Assembly (NCBI GenBank): GCA_028023455.1
Contig: JAQFVV010000005.1
Coordinates: 21,576,001 to 21,640,000, forward strand
Length of the DNA stretch: 64,000 nt
Direction of reading: 5' to 3'
Source: Epiperipatus broadwayi
Taxonomy: Eukaryota; Animalia; Onychophora
In this document: piece after piece, positions 26,495 to 40,478 of the stretch
How positions within the stretch are numbered: position 1 is the stretch's first letter
Layout of the letters: every line of letters begins with the position of its first letter
Position numbers and translations under genes: made by a program
Notes under the pieces: model-generated
Told to the model about the DNA's origin: nothing
Seen by the model: only the letters and a program-made list of their open reading frames with translations
Database searches by the model: none

Positions 26495-27896
26495 TGTGCA
26501 GTAATGAATATGCCATGAAAATCCATGTATCATGATAGCAAAATTGATATCTCCATCTAGTTGACAATTCATTTTGACATTTGATTAAAAAACACAACTG
26601 AAAAAAATGTAAAAGAGGATTGTTTATAGCTATGTCATGATTCCAATGTCCAGTGTCTGGTTCTTATGCCTATATTATTACCATGTCTTTGGTGTGCAGT
26701 TTGCATCAGAAAAAATGGTAGTTTTCAGCTCCGCTTGTGAAACTTGTGATAACATTGTTTTGATACTCATTGCAGTGTTTAAGTGTATATTGGGTTCTGT
26801 ATTGATTTATTACTGCAGTTTTTCAGGAGGAAGGGAAAGGGTTTCAATACTTTATAGTGAGCATCAGATTCTCAGTAAAAAAAGATTTCCAATAATAGTT
26901 ATTCTAACAGATTTTATTCCCATTCCTAATCAATATGGTATCATTCTTGAAAATGGCCATCTTGAAAAATTAACTTCATAGTTTTCAACATCTGACCTAC
27001 ATCTAATTCAAGCACCAATAATTGGAGTTCCTTTAAACTTAGTCAAGTCCAGCCTTTATTTTCATATTTTTTGTCAAATGTGTTTGCTATTATTTAAGTA
27101 TTTATATATGTAAAGGAATAATGTTGTGTTGGTATTATTGTCCATAGCAAAAATATAATGCTCTTAGGGTAAGAGTTATCATTATTTGTTCATTGTAAAA
27201 GTTTTTATTTTATATGATATATATTGGTCATACTGATAAGGTTAACAAGTAATCAAATTCCTAGTGGTTTGATTGGTTGGAAGTGGGACACTCTGCTTTT
27301 TTTCTTTTTATGACTGAATTTATTTCAATTGTTTTGGATTTATCTTTTCAAGACATTGAACACTACTTTTTTCCATTATATTTATTAAATAAATCTCTAA
27401 AAAATTCGTTTCTTTTTTGCACTTACTCAATTATTTAACAGTTTTGATTGTCTAGCAGTCTTTTTTAAAACTGTTGTTTTTATATCTTATAACACTATGA
27501 ATAAAAAGCATTACAAAAAATGCAAAGAAATTAATTATTCAGAGATTTGTTTAGAAATATATTTTATCACTGACATGCAATATTTATTCATTTATCAGCT
27601 ACTGCCTGCTGATGATGGAAATAGAAAAAGGAGTCAATTTAGGGTATAAAAAATTATTTTGAATTATTTTTCAAAGCCACAATACCAGACTTGAACTGAA
27701 CCTGGCAAAGGCAAAATAGTTTTAATAGACATCAATTGCAGTGACGTCTATATTTTCACTTTAGAACTAAAATTGTAAACATTGAATATTGTAATTCTTT
27801 TTAATAGGCTTCGTTTTTAATCAGGTTTTTTTTAGTAATAATTATCTTTTTTTAAAATAAAAATTTCATTATTTTACTTTTTTTTTTTTTTTTTAG

Positions 27897-28111
27897 ATGG
27901 AGCTATACTTGATCATGCAAAATCATCAACCAATCAAAATTCTTATCAAATAGTAAAGACATTAAAAGCGTTCGCAATCTTCTTAGGATCAAGTCATTTT
28001 CTTTGGCCACTGCTTATTTTATTTCTAGCGATTTCTCACCAAATTTTTGTAACATTTATAAGTTCCTGGCTCGGCTTATGGTTACAGGATTTTGAGGAAA
28101 AAAACCAAAGT
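27897..28111 (+). CDS. ABCC exon: first helix of TMD2
   Basis: Long poly-T acceptor, AGT|gtaatt donor, phase 1-0; ...FLWPLLILFLAISHQIFVTFISSWLGLWLQD (WLxxW motif). Confidence 0.85.
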
Positions 28112-28499
28112 GTAATTCATATATTGTTTTATAAAGTTATCTAGTTAGTGATTTTCTAGAAAGTTATGGCAAAACACGCTATAACTGAGCATTTATAAAT
28201 GTTACTGTTAAAGTAATAAATCCGGTTTTTATTAATAATTACCGAGTCTTTTTGGTAAAAGTGATAAAAAAATACATATAAATCACATTGACCAGGTAAT
28301 TATTAATAATTATCAGTAGGAATTTGGAAAATGTAATAAAAATATATAGTATAATATTATTTGTTATTTATATTTTAATATATAATGATTTTTTTATTTA
28401 TCAAATTATGATAAAATTATACAAATAGGGAATACAAAACAATTAGGAAAATTTTAATTATGTAAAACTTTTACATTTTTATAAAATTACAAACTACTA

Positions 28500-30330
28500 G
28501 AGCTTTTGTGGCATTTAGGATTGCAAAGAATTTTTGATTTTTTTACATTTGCAGCTATATGAGTTACAATCGCCTGTGTAATTGCAACGTTGGAATCCTT
28601 GACCATCTAAATTGGAGTTCCTACGAGAACACTCTCTTAAACTTATATTCCATATGTCGAACATCATTAATTGAAATATAAAAAAAATTGCACTGTAAAT
28701 TCATTCCTGCCATGGAATTAATTTAAAATGCTATATTTCATACTGGGTTTATATAAGTTATTATTTTTAATTGACATTATAACAGCAATAATATTCCAGT
28801 TATCAGCTTTAGCCCTATCTATGTGTGGATCCTTATTCGAATGCATTCTCCTACATTTGCAATTGGGAATTTAGTCTTCAAAAGTTGTAACATTTTTTCA
28901 GCTTGCTTATTCAGACTCACCCTAGCAGAGTTTTGAGCTTCTTGGATTTTTTCACAGATTTCATCGAATGTGAAAAAAGAATCTTTTTTGGTCTGATCAC
29001 TATTTTCAATACTGCCAATATTTTTTCCTTTATTATCATCTTCCATGTCATTTGACAATAGTTTAGAAAAATATGGTTAATCCATGATTTGGTAACACTC
29101 TCATTTCTATTTTTGTTCAGATCTTCACCAGTTATTAACTGCAAGTCTTCCATATTATTATTATTGTCTGCTGTAATATTGCAATCCTCTTCTGAGACAA
29201 TTCTCTGGAATTCTGCATCACAATTGTATTGATCTTTTAATGTCATCTCAAGGTGTTCTTTACTTGTAATTTCTGATAAAATTTCAACTGGAAAGTATGC
29301 TTTCAAACCTATTCTAGATTTACATCCAAACATATAGGCACTGTGATTTATCCCAGAATGCTAGGCTCTATTTTTCATAAATTGTATTAATTTTAATTCT
29401 TCCAACCACTTGGTTGTATTGTTTGTTTTAAGCTAGATAGATAACATATTTTCATTGTCTGCTCTTTCAACTGAACCTTGTGATTATTTGTCTTGTTTTT
29501 CCATGAATGATTTTAATCAAGTTCATCACACATTCCACAGATTTTTTCAATAATTTTGTTCTCAAATTTTCAGCCATTGTCACTTTGCAAGATTCATGAT
29601 GCTGTAAATACTGTAAATATATCCAATAATTAATTGGCAAACAACTTCCTTTGCATGTTGTTTTTAAAGCTCTTAGTTGAATATGGTCTTGATAAACCAT
29701 TATAAATTTAAAATCCCCATCACTTGTGATTGCATGTCTGTCAGATCAACTTGACCTCTCTAATTAAATAGACTACTTTTAATTGGTTTCACACTGAACC
29801 TTACTTTCTCGGAATGATTATTTTCTTATGATAGAGTTCACAAAGATTTAAATAAAGCATAATGTTCTTATACTTTTTCTTAAGTTCTTTCAGCATCCTA
29901 TTTTGCCCAGCATGATCAATTGCAATATGGGTATCATGAATTAATTGAAAATTCTCTTCCAAAAAAGTGTAATATATAATTGATTCATTTTCAGTTTTAA
30001 CTGGAATGATGAGTTTTGCAACACTTCCAATTTTTACAATATCATATCTTGATAAACATTGGTATTCTGCAGGTTATTTGCTGTAAACTTCTCTTTATTT
30101 TCTTTATCTTTAAGAAAAAATGAATAATACTCTTCTCTTGTAAATAATTGATAATTTTTGTTTCTTTTTCAATTTCAAATTATTCATTTAATCATTAAAT
30201 CATTTCTTCATTATGTCTAAACCCTCCATTATGCTTATGGGTAAGATAGAATTAATGAAAACATAAAAACAATGTGCCAGTCATACTAGTGATAGATATA
30301 AATAAAAAACAATCTTTTCCAATAATGTAG
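28500..30330 (-). mobile_element. Decayed Ginger/KRBA2-SCAND3-like DDE integrase transposon
   Basis: HIAIDHAGQNRMLKEL, QVDLTDMQSQ, MVYQDH, HGKTRQ remnants in several frames. Confidence 0.7.
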
Positions 30331-30956
30331 TATTTTGCACTAAACAAATGGTTAGAAAAAAACACAACAATGATATGACCCTTCTTTTCTCTGGAATACA
30401 GAGAAGCTACCAACCTAATTTATTAAACTTAATGTTGATTGCAAACCTAATGGTATTGACATGTATTAACACAGTTGTGAACCTAATGGTATTAAAATGT
30501 ATTAAATTTACCATCGACAGTCACAAACCTAACATTATTGAAATTTATTAAATTTACCAGTGATAGTTAAGGTTATGAATAACTACTGGTTCATGTGATA
30601 ATTTTTTTTAAATTAATCACTTTATTCATTTTATTTGGTTATTATTAATACAAACCGATTAATCACTTCAATCGTAACATAAACATTTGCTCCTTATAAG
30701 CAGTAGTTTTCTATTTCTTTCAGCATAAATCATGATGCATGAATGGTGAGGTGATCTGCTAAGATGTAGGGTGCATGTTCATTTATTATTTATGTGAATT
30801 CTAAAACATTATTAAATAAATTGTGTGTATGAGACAATTTTTTTTTGCCATAATTTTTGTTAGTGAGAATTAAGATAAAAATGCAATGTAGAACTGTTAT
30901 TTTGTACTTTGCATTTTATATTCTCAGCTCATGGATCATATATATATATATATATA

Positions 30957-31503
30957 ATTAGAAACCAATCAGTAACCACCTAAACATTCATAATAAAGAT
31001 AGTAATCACTATTTCTCACTGCTGTCAAGGCAACCTTCTCACCTTTGAATAGCAAGAATGGAAGTCCACTTTTACTAATGTCCATTGATTATATATGTAC
31101 ACTTAAAGATTGCAATTTGACCACAGAGAATGAAATATTGATACAATGAAGTTTAAATAAACCTCTTTAAACACGTCCATGTAATGCAGACTAATAAATA
31201 ATCAATTATAACATTACAAACTGCAATACTATTAAATTGCTTATGTATTATTTAAATAATAGCAAGAATGGACATGTTTATTTCATGTTTAAAGAGGTTT
31301 ATTTAAACTTCATTGAATCAATATTTCATTCTCTGTGGTCAAGTTGCATTCGTTAAGTGTCCATATATATTCAATGGACCATTAGTAAAAGTGGACTTCC
31401 ATTCTTGCTATTAAAAGGTGAGAAGGTTGCCTTGACAGCAGTGAGAAATATTGATTACTATCTTTATAGTGAATGTTTAGGTGTTACTGATTGGTTTCTA
31501 ATT
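30957..31503. repeat. Foldback/MITE-like element with about 215-bp inverted arms
   Basis: Arms about 30957-31173 / 31287-31503, symmetric ends in taatta. Confidence 0.8.
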
Positions 31504-34212
31504 ACATAATTATCCCATTTAGCTTTAAGCATTATTTCATTATTATTTATATATATGTCTACTTTTGCATTTGTATTTTTCATGCTATGCTAATGAAGAA
31601 GAATGTGATATTTAAGTAGAAACAAAAAGAATAAAATAAAGATTACAAGTCTTGGTGTGTGCACTGGCTGTGTAGCATTCATTTAAATTTTGCTATTATT
31701 GAAAGAGTTAAATGTAGTGTCAAAACAGTTTGGGTTATTTCAATATTAGCCTTTTACAGCTTTTACTTATTGCCTTAGTAAATATTACTTACGTAATCAA
31801 TGTGCGTTAAATAAATTTATAATTACAATTTTAAATTATCGTAATAGATTTCTAACTTATAAGATCTTTTCATTGACGCGTTATAAATCGAAAAATTTCG
31901 CGAGTATTAATGTATAATAGGAATTTTGGACTTAATCGGTGAAGTATTGAATGGCTTCACGCTCTCAGATCTAACCGCTTCAGCTTCACCTATTTATATA
32001 GAAAGTAGGTTGAAGTAAGGAAGGGGTTCCCCTCTTTTCTTCTAATGCGTAAGCTTGTGGTTAAGACCTGTAGAGGCACCCACCTTCGCATTTGTAACCG
32101 CACAAGCTTTAGGTTTATTGCCTTAATAAATATTACTTATTTAAATAAACTAAATATAAAATTTCCTATGACAGTTAGAAACCAGATAGAACTCATTTTA
32201 TGCATGTAAGATTATGTATTTATATGATATTTATTATAATATTTTTTTTAACATTGGAACTTTAATGAGCTCTTATAATTTTAACAATACTCTCTAAAAC
32301 ATAGAAGCACTTTGTGTTATTAAGATGCAAGAAAATAAATACATTTTATGGGTTAAAATTCCAGATAAAGAGGATATCAGGATGACAAATTATGCTCAAC
32401 AACTTTAGTAAGAAGAGTTTATTAATTCATGTCTTTTTTTTATTTATGACTGTATTATTCATTTTCCGTAACATATAGTTCACTTGAATTAGAAGGCAAT
32501 GGTTTGATTTATAAGGTGAAGAGCAACTTGAAATCAAATTAATGATGAGCGCAAGAATGTGATTTGTGAAAATGAAAAATAATCATATGGATATTGACTT
32601 TAAGCAGCAGTAGTGACAAAGTTGATGACATTGAATTCTACTACAGAGGCAAACCATGAAAACCTATGCATGAAAAGCAATTAATAAAGTAAATATGTGT
32701 TTAAGTTAACTTGCGTTTATCACTGCAGCGTGGTGCACAGTTAAAATGATAGACTTGGAGATGAACATTCTAGGATTGGTTTTAAACTGATCAATGTAAT
32801 AAAAAATAAGTTCTGTTTAATCTATTAAATGGTCAATCAGCGATTAAAATACTTAAATATCAATAACATCCTGAGAAATTTGCTATATGAACAGTTACTT
32901 AACTTATACCAGAAGTGATTTAGAAGGCATATTGTCTTACAGAGAAAGCTTCCCATTCATAAGAGAGTGAAAATCGGAAAATGTTATCCAGTGGATAAGA
33001 TATGCAAATCATTATAAAGCAGCAAAATATATGAGGTAGCAGGTTTTGAGTAAATTCAATAGGCTATAATTCTTGTTAGGATAAAATAAAAAGATTAATT
33101 TTGCTATAATATATCCAAAAAGGAAATAAAAGCATTTACTGATCAATGACAACATATATCACGATTACATATCAGATATTGAACTAAATATGGGAAAATA
33201 ATAGATCTCCCAGCAGCCTTTGCAACTACTATTATCTACAAGGTGGTATCAAATTTAGAAAAGTATTGACAGAAACAAAACTACGTGGCATCATCATGTG
33301 ATTGTTACCATATCGTGATTTTGATATGCATGATGTGGTCATAAACAACACATTTCTCATTTATTAGGCATTCCTTTGTAGACTGCCATGAGATGCCGTA
33401 GGCAATCACTTTTTAATACAGCATCACTGTATTGATGGTTATTAAATGAAATGTTAACATTTTATTGCATTTTCTGAGTACGTATAATAATACAACATAA
33501 ACTTGATCACCATTTAAAAATAACTGTAAATCATCTAGATATTACCAATCTCTGACTACTCAGTCCTTCACAAAAAACTGTAGATCAGTGGAAACCAAAA
33601 CAAAATCGTAAATAAGCTAATTTGGAATTTATCATTAACTAAAATCTTAAATAAGCTTAGGATTTTTTGAATTGATTTTAACTCAGCCATAAAGTATGGA
33701 TATTTGATTATTTTCTACAAAGGTAGAGCTAATCTAAATGTAATACAATTATTCTTTCTTTTGGGACTAATCAGAAAAGTCAAAAAAAGGATGCAACATG
33801 AGTTAGGACCCTAACTTTATCCCAGAAAAAAATAATGGCATTTATTCATCCTGCTTTTAAAAAGTGTTTTGTAATGATACCAAAACTTATAGCTGAAGTT
33901 GTATTTCTTTTGAAGAATATAAAAATACCTTATTGAAAACCTTTCATAGACCAAGTAACAATAATTTCAATAATAAAAATGTTAACATTGGCAGTAGGAA
34001 TGGTTACATACTCTTTTACTCCATGCTAACACCATCTCTTATATTTTTAAGTAATCCATAATAGTAACATTTGAATCCCCTAACTAGTGTTTGTTTTCTG
34101 ACCTGCATTGATTTATCTGGGAGCATTATGTAATATATCATTTGATATTTAGCATTCTTAACAATAAACTCATTATTCTAATTACATTAAGTTTTTCAAA
34201 CTTTTATTTCAG

Positions 34213-34332
34213 GTAAATGGTACCTTAATTCAAAATACACCTGTTCAAAACTCTTACTATTGCCTTGTACTAGGTCTCATTTGTTTTGCAGCCTTTGTTA
34301 CCTGTTGCTTGCTTATATTTACTTTTGCAAAG
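34213..34332 (+). CDS. ABCC exon: TMD2 extracellular loop and second helix
   Basis: tttcag|GTA...AAG|gttagt, phase 0-0; VNGTLIQNTPVQNSYYCLVLGLICFAAFVTCCLLIFTFAK. Confidence 0.8.
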
Positions 34333-35009
34333 GTTAGTAGTACATTACTAATATTTTATAAAGATTTTTACCTAAGTGTCTCATAATTAATTTACTTATG
34401 TGATAAAGTATATACAAAATGTCATAAAAACATTGGCACAACTTTAAGCTTTAATAACTTATGAAATACAAACTATATGATATTCTTTCTGTTAAACGAT
34501 CTATTAAACTCATCTGTCAATATTTGTTTCTCTTCCATTTATTTTTATTTAATATTGGTAACTTTCTTTTTACATATAATGGTTGCTTTACGATTTTTTT
34601 TTTTTTTATAAGATTTATGTTTAATGCCACCCTTAAAATATTTAAATTATTTACGATTTAAAACTATAATTATAGTGGGGAAATTAAAGATGAGTATGTT
34701 ATAAAGCTTTAAAATTGATCAGCATCAAATTTACTGTTTTATAAAGCAATCATCTTGATTTCCTCACTAGAATAATAATATAGATTCATGTAACACAACA
34801 AAACACTGGAATTAATTCTATAATTTTCAAAATGCCAGTTTATATTTTAATAAATAAATAAAAAACTAAAGCTTGTTTAAAGCATTACTACTATCATAAG
34901 TAGCATTTACTGTCTTGCTGACTCTTGCAGTAAACTAATTATATATTATATTTACAGTGCTAAATAGTAATTTATAATATGTCAAGATTAACTCTCAAAA
35001 TCATATGTG

Positions 35010-35645
35010 ATGTGATGCACTGTGACTTCTCCTTAAACGGAGTCAGGAATCTCTCAGCAGCTATGCCCAGAGAAACCTATTAGCCACTTTACCTTCCCTT
35101 TCCATTGTCCACTCTAAGTTTTCCCATAATCTGCTCCATCCCATTTCCACAACTCCATGACTTTCATATCTAAATCCCCCTTATCTTTTCCCAAACCTAG
35201 CATGAAAACCAATAACTCACTTTCTGTATAATCACTTTGTTCATATTTAATCTTCCATAACTTCATTATTTGTATCCTTTCTGCTTCCAAGCATTTACAC
35301 TGGAGTAACAGATGTCTTAATATTTTCTATGCCTTCCTTACACAACTTGCAGACTAAATCACCCATATTTTCCCATTTACGTATATATTCCCTTGTTGCT
35401 AAAGATCCCGTTCGAGCCTTAAACAATAAACTACTTTCCTTACTATTATCATAAATTAACTCGCACACAATGTTCCGTTTACTTCTATATATATTTAAAC
35501 TCATTTTACTCTCCATACTAGTTCTCCATCTCTCCAACTCCCTATTCTTTATTAATGCATCTATTCTTCTATCCCACTCCTTACCATTATAACACTCAAC
35601 AATAGTTTTAAAGATAATTAAAACGCCCTCTAGCCATAGCATATA
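35010..35645 (-). mobile_element. 5'-truncated copy of the same LINE
   Basis: LFKARTGSL...CKLCKEG; collinear with 38630-39240. Confidence 0.85.
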
Positions 35646-35913
35646 AAAACTCTATCAATCAATTTAAAATATTTAAAAATAAATATCTGGATTAATTTAA
35701 AAATTTGTTCTTTCTGGGGTAGATGCTTGAGATATTTCTCGCTCTATAGATTAAGATAACAGAATAGTATTGCTCTTTTTACTGCTAGAGTTATCGTATG
35801 CTATGAGGGCATTTCAATTATTAATAATGATATTGAGAATACATATATATTGAAAATTATAAAAGTTAATTCCAGAGTTTTGTTTTATTATATATCATTT
35901 TGTCAAATATTAT

Positions 35914-36530
35914 ATTTATGTAATAATCATTAGATCGGAAGTCGAACTCCGATTACGTGCCTGGTGTTATAATCAAATTTTGAATTGTACAAATCTATTT
36001 AACCTATCGCAGGAGAAAGACTTTGTCTCATTTTTAACCAACCATGATCAGACAAACATGACTTATAAATGTAAATCTATTATTATAAAGCGCTGAAAAT
36101 CTTGAAATCATTAGAAGTCGAACTCCGATAATCCACTATTACTTTAAATATTATAAATCTCCGCGCACTCACGCGTCAATAAGAGTTTAAAAAACTTAAG
36201 TGAATCACTTAAGTTTAGAGTGCATTTCTATAAATACACCAACTTTCACTGTGATAGATTAAATAGATTTGTACTATTCAAAATTTGATTATAACATCAG
36301 GCACACAATAGACTCAAACCCTGATTTAGCATGGTCAGTGAAAGTTGGGGTATTTATAGAAATGCACTATAAATTTAAGTGATTCGATTAAGTTTTTTAA
36401 ACTCTTACTGACGTGTGGCGAGATGAGATTTATAATATTTAAAGTAATAGAGCATTATCGGAGTTCGACTTCCGATTTAATGATTTCAAGATTTTCAGCG
36501 CTTTATAATAATAGATTTACATTTATGTAA
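35914..36530. repeat. Family E compound inverted repeat
   Basis: Arms about 36065-36250 / 36336-36526 plus a second inverted pair at about 35957-36008 / 36254-36304. Confidence 0.75.
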
Positions 36531-37930
36531 CAGTATGCTTTAAGATTAAAAATTTATATATAATTATTTTGAGTGATTAGGGAACCTATTAGTGCTCTAT
36601 ATATTTAATTAAATATCTCAAATTATATCATCATCCATCAACTTTAAGCAGACAGAATTGGAAATACTCTTGTCTGCTTCTTCAGTTCTAACTAGAATGG
36701 TTTTTATAGACGATTATATTTACAAGATTCACATTAAATTCATGAGATGTTTTTATAGCACTATTTAAATTAACCTTTAAACAGTCTTTGCGTACATACC
36801 ATAATAATATTAAATCAAAAACCAGATGGTCATAGTTTTATTTTTGTTTGCTTAAAGTGGTAGATAAAGATGTTAATTAAGTTTAATGTAGATGGAGGTC
36901 GATTTCATCTGTTTCTAAAGTAATTATATATATGTGTGTTAGATGAAGAATCTTAAGAATGTTTACAATGCAATTCTAAATTTGAGATACTAGAGTAAGT
37001 TGTGTTAAAGGGGGTGTAAATAATAATAAATATAACTAATGATGAAGTGTTGTTGCTGATCATAATATTCTCGTAATTCTCCATTGCTTAATTATTTTCA
37101 GGATGAGAACAATATATCTTATAAATATTTTTTGTTTCCTTTGAAATATTATTTTTTATTCTTAATTTAAAAAAAAAAAACAACTGCTGAGTAAAATATA
37201 TAAAAAAAGGAAAGCTCTTTATACCACTGCCATAAGAAATGGTGATCATGTGATGTTTATTGACCACTGCCATCTATTGTAAGCTTGAGTAATCACTGAT
37301 TATCAGATGCTGTATTAAATTTTAAACTCCCATCCTCAGACCAGTTTTTGACTTTTGCTTTTATTGATGAGAGTTGTGATTTAAAGTTGTAAATAATGCC
37401 AGTTATGCTACTAGCTATCATCTTTAATTCCATTTTGCCATTCAAGTTGACAACTTGAAATGCAAACAGCTTAAGGTTTTGAACCCAAGTCATTCTGATT
37501 GAACTATCATGTAGATCTAATTCTAGTTGTATCTACATTAATAACCTCAGCTTGCTTTGACTGTAAGCACATTCTCCCTCAGGCTGGAAATATTAATTAG
37601 TGTCAACAGATCATTTAATTCTTCAGCTCACGCAATATAAGATTAATCCGAATCTACCAGTCAGATAAAAAATAGTTCATTTGTATTTAACTTCCATATT
37701 GCAATATAATAATAAATTAATCATTGATACTCAAAAAGGTGAAACTTTATATTACCAATGGTCTTCACAAAAACCAGCTTACTGCTTAAAAATTTGGAGT
37801 AATTTTAAAATATTCAGAACTTAAAAAACATCTCGTTTTACATTTAAATTTTTTAAAGTGGAACTATTTGTAAATAAATGTTGTAGACGATACAACTTTA
37901 AAACATTTTTAAAACTTTAAAACATTTTTG

Positions 37931-38010
37931 TCAAGCGTTGGTGGCCGAGTGGTTAGCACAGCCACCTTACAAGCAGTTGTCCCGGGGTTCGCTTCTTGGC
38001 TGACGCTTTG
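37931..38010 (+). mobile_element. tRNA-like SINE, same family
   Basis: caagcgttggtggccgagtggttagcac...ggggttcgcttc. Confidence 0.7.
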
Positions 38011-39877
38011 ACACGTAAAATAATATTATTATTATTATAAGTCAGTATGCAAGTAATTTTAAATATTATAATGCCAGAAAAGATTTCTTGAATTACAGAA
38101 AAGATAAGTGAATCAGTTATAGGAAAATTTAGCTTCAATGCTCACTGGAAGTCAAAATACTAAAGCAGAAACTATATTCTGGATGTTGAATTTATAATTA
38201 TTGAATTTATAAAGATGAATTCCAGAGAAACAAAGATATCTATATATTATATAGATGGAATAATATAAACCATGAGACTGCAGCTACAAGAATTTCAACA
38301 AAAAACACAAAATAGAGTATGTTTGTTCACTGAATCAGCAGGGGTCATTATTAAATCAGTGACTCTTATTAACAACCTCAGAAATGGATGGATGTGAAGA
38401 ACATTTCAAACAACACAAAAATATTTTCTGTATGTATCCTTTTTATCCTATGTAGGATGAAAACACACTCTTTTTAACTTAAGTAGAAGTTTTCCATCAC
38501 CGAAACCGCATTTGAAGGACATCTTACCACTTTAATTTGCTTGAAAATATTCCAATAATTCATAATTAATTGATAAAAAAGAATGTAAATATTAAATTGC
38601 AATCATTGGCATTTTATTAAATTTCTGTAATGCAATGCACTATGGCTTCTCTTTTCTCGGAGTCAGGAATTTCTCAGTCCCTACAACCAGAGAAACCTGT
38701 TAGCCACCTTACATTTTCTTTCCATTCCCCACCCTAAGTTTTTCCCAATATTTTTTTCTATCCTGATCCATCCCATTTCCACAACATTGTCTTTATCCAC
38801 TCTATGGCCTTTATATCTAAGTCCCCCTTATAGTTTCCAAAGCCAGCATAAAAAACAAAAACCCTTTTTCTGTATAATCATTTTGTTTATATTTATTCTC
38901 CCACAACTTCATTATTTGTAACCTTTTTTCTTGCAAGCATTTACATTCAATTAACAGATACCAAAATTTTCTATGCCTTCCTTACATAACTTTCAGACTA
39001 AATCACCCACAATTCTCTAGTCATGTATATATTCCCTTGTTGCTAACAATACTATTTGAGCTTTAAACAGAAACTACTTCCCTTGCTATTATCGTGAATT
39101 AACTTGCACCCAATATTCTGTTTACTTCTATATGTATTTGAAGTCTTTTTACTCTCCATACTAATTCTTCATCTCTCCAACTTCCTATTTTTTATTAATG
39201 CATCTATTCTTCTATCCCATTCCTTGCCACTATAACACTCAACAATTCTCCTAACAAAATCTTCTTACCTTTTATATAAGTATACTGACATAAAATTCTT
39301 ATTCAAATCTTCTGCATACCATACTATTTTTCTCACCCATCTTGTTGCTTGTTTTTTTAGTCACAACCCAATTAAATACTATTTTAGCTATTCTCTTATT
39401 ATTCATAAATTGTAATCTACCTAGCATTTTCATTTTGCATCTCTCATATAAAAAGTTGGCCATCCCTTTTCTCCTTAAATTGCCTCCTTTTTCATCTACA
39501 CATCTGCATCTAATGCATGCTTTCCTACTTCTCTTTGTGCTTTTTCTAAATAATCTAATACCCTTTTACTAATACATAATACATCATTACCATAAGCTAA
39601 CCCTGCTACTGCCACTCCCTTTCATACAATTCTAATGACACCATATTTATTATTTGAAAACACTATTATTTTTTTATCAGTCCCTTTCTTTTCTTTGTTT
39701 CATTTATCAATTTTCTCCAATTCATCCAAGCAATTTCTCTTATTACTTAAAACAATTTCCAAGTAGTTATACACATTCACCACATTTAACTTTATATCCT
39801 GCCAATAAAAATTATTTCTCTTCTCTCAGTATTTATCATCATTACTTTTGATTTTATTTTACCTGGTTATATATATA

Positions 39878-40478
39878 TGAAAAACAAAAACAAGTTATTC
39901 ACGTAACTTGCTATCACTTGTTATTTCTGATCAATAGATGGCGTTTTACCAAAATGACCGAAACAAGTGTAAAATTTGTTTACATAAATGACAAAAAAGT
40001 CAGAATTAACTATCTCTTTCATTTGCTCACCCTCAGATCAGCTGATTTCAAGCTATTTGCTATCATCAGTGAAGGATAGAGTTAGTTAGAAACTAGATCT
40101 AAACACTGACTCCAAGTGTTTATGCAAAACGTTTCTATCAGTTTGCAAGCGTGAATTTTTTAGACCGGTAAAATTTTCAAACTCAGCTTAACAAACCAGA
40201 TATCTATATGGGTCTGATCTCAGTTCAGCTTCACCACATAGTCAAAGTCTCTGCAATATATATCATTGCAAGAAAACTTTAAAGGTACATTTATGAAAAA
40301 CAAAAACAAATTATTCACGTAACTTGCTATCACTTGTTATTTCTGATCAATAGATGGTGTTTTACCAAAACCACCAAAACAAGTGTAAAATTTGTTTACA
40401 TAAATGACAAAAGAGTCAGAATTAACTATCTCTTTCATTTGCTCATCCTCAGATCAGCTGATTTCAAGCTATTTGCTA
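39878..40478 (-). mobile_element. Family F pseudo-LTR-like element (direct repeat plus hammerhead) inserted in a LINE
   Basis: Direct repeats 39878-40063 / 40293-40478; hammerhead at 40030-40075. Confidence 0.75.
40030..40075 (-). ncRNA. Type I hammerhead ribozyme (family F)
   Basis: CCUUCA-CUGAUGA-UAGC aaaua GCUU-GAAAUC agcu GAUC^-UGAGGG; 6-bp stem I, palindromic stem III. Confidence 0.8.
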
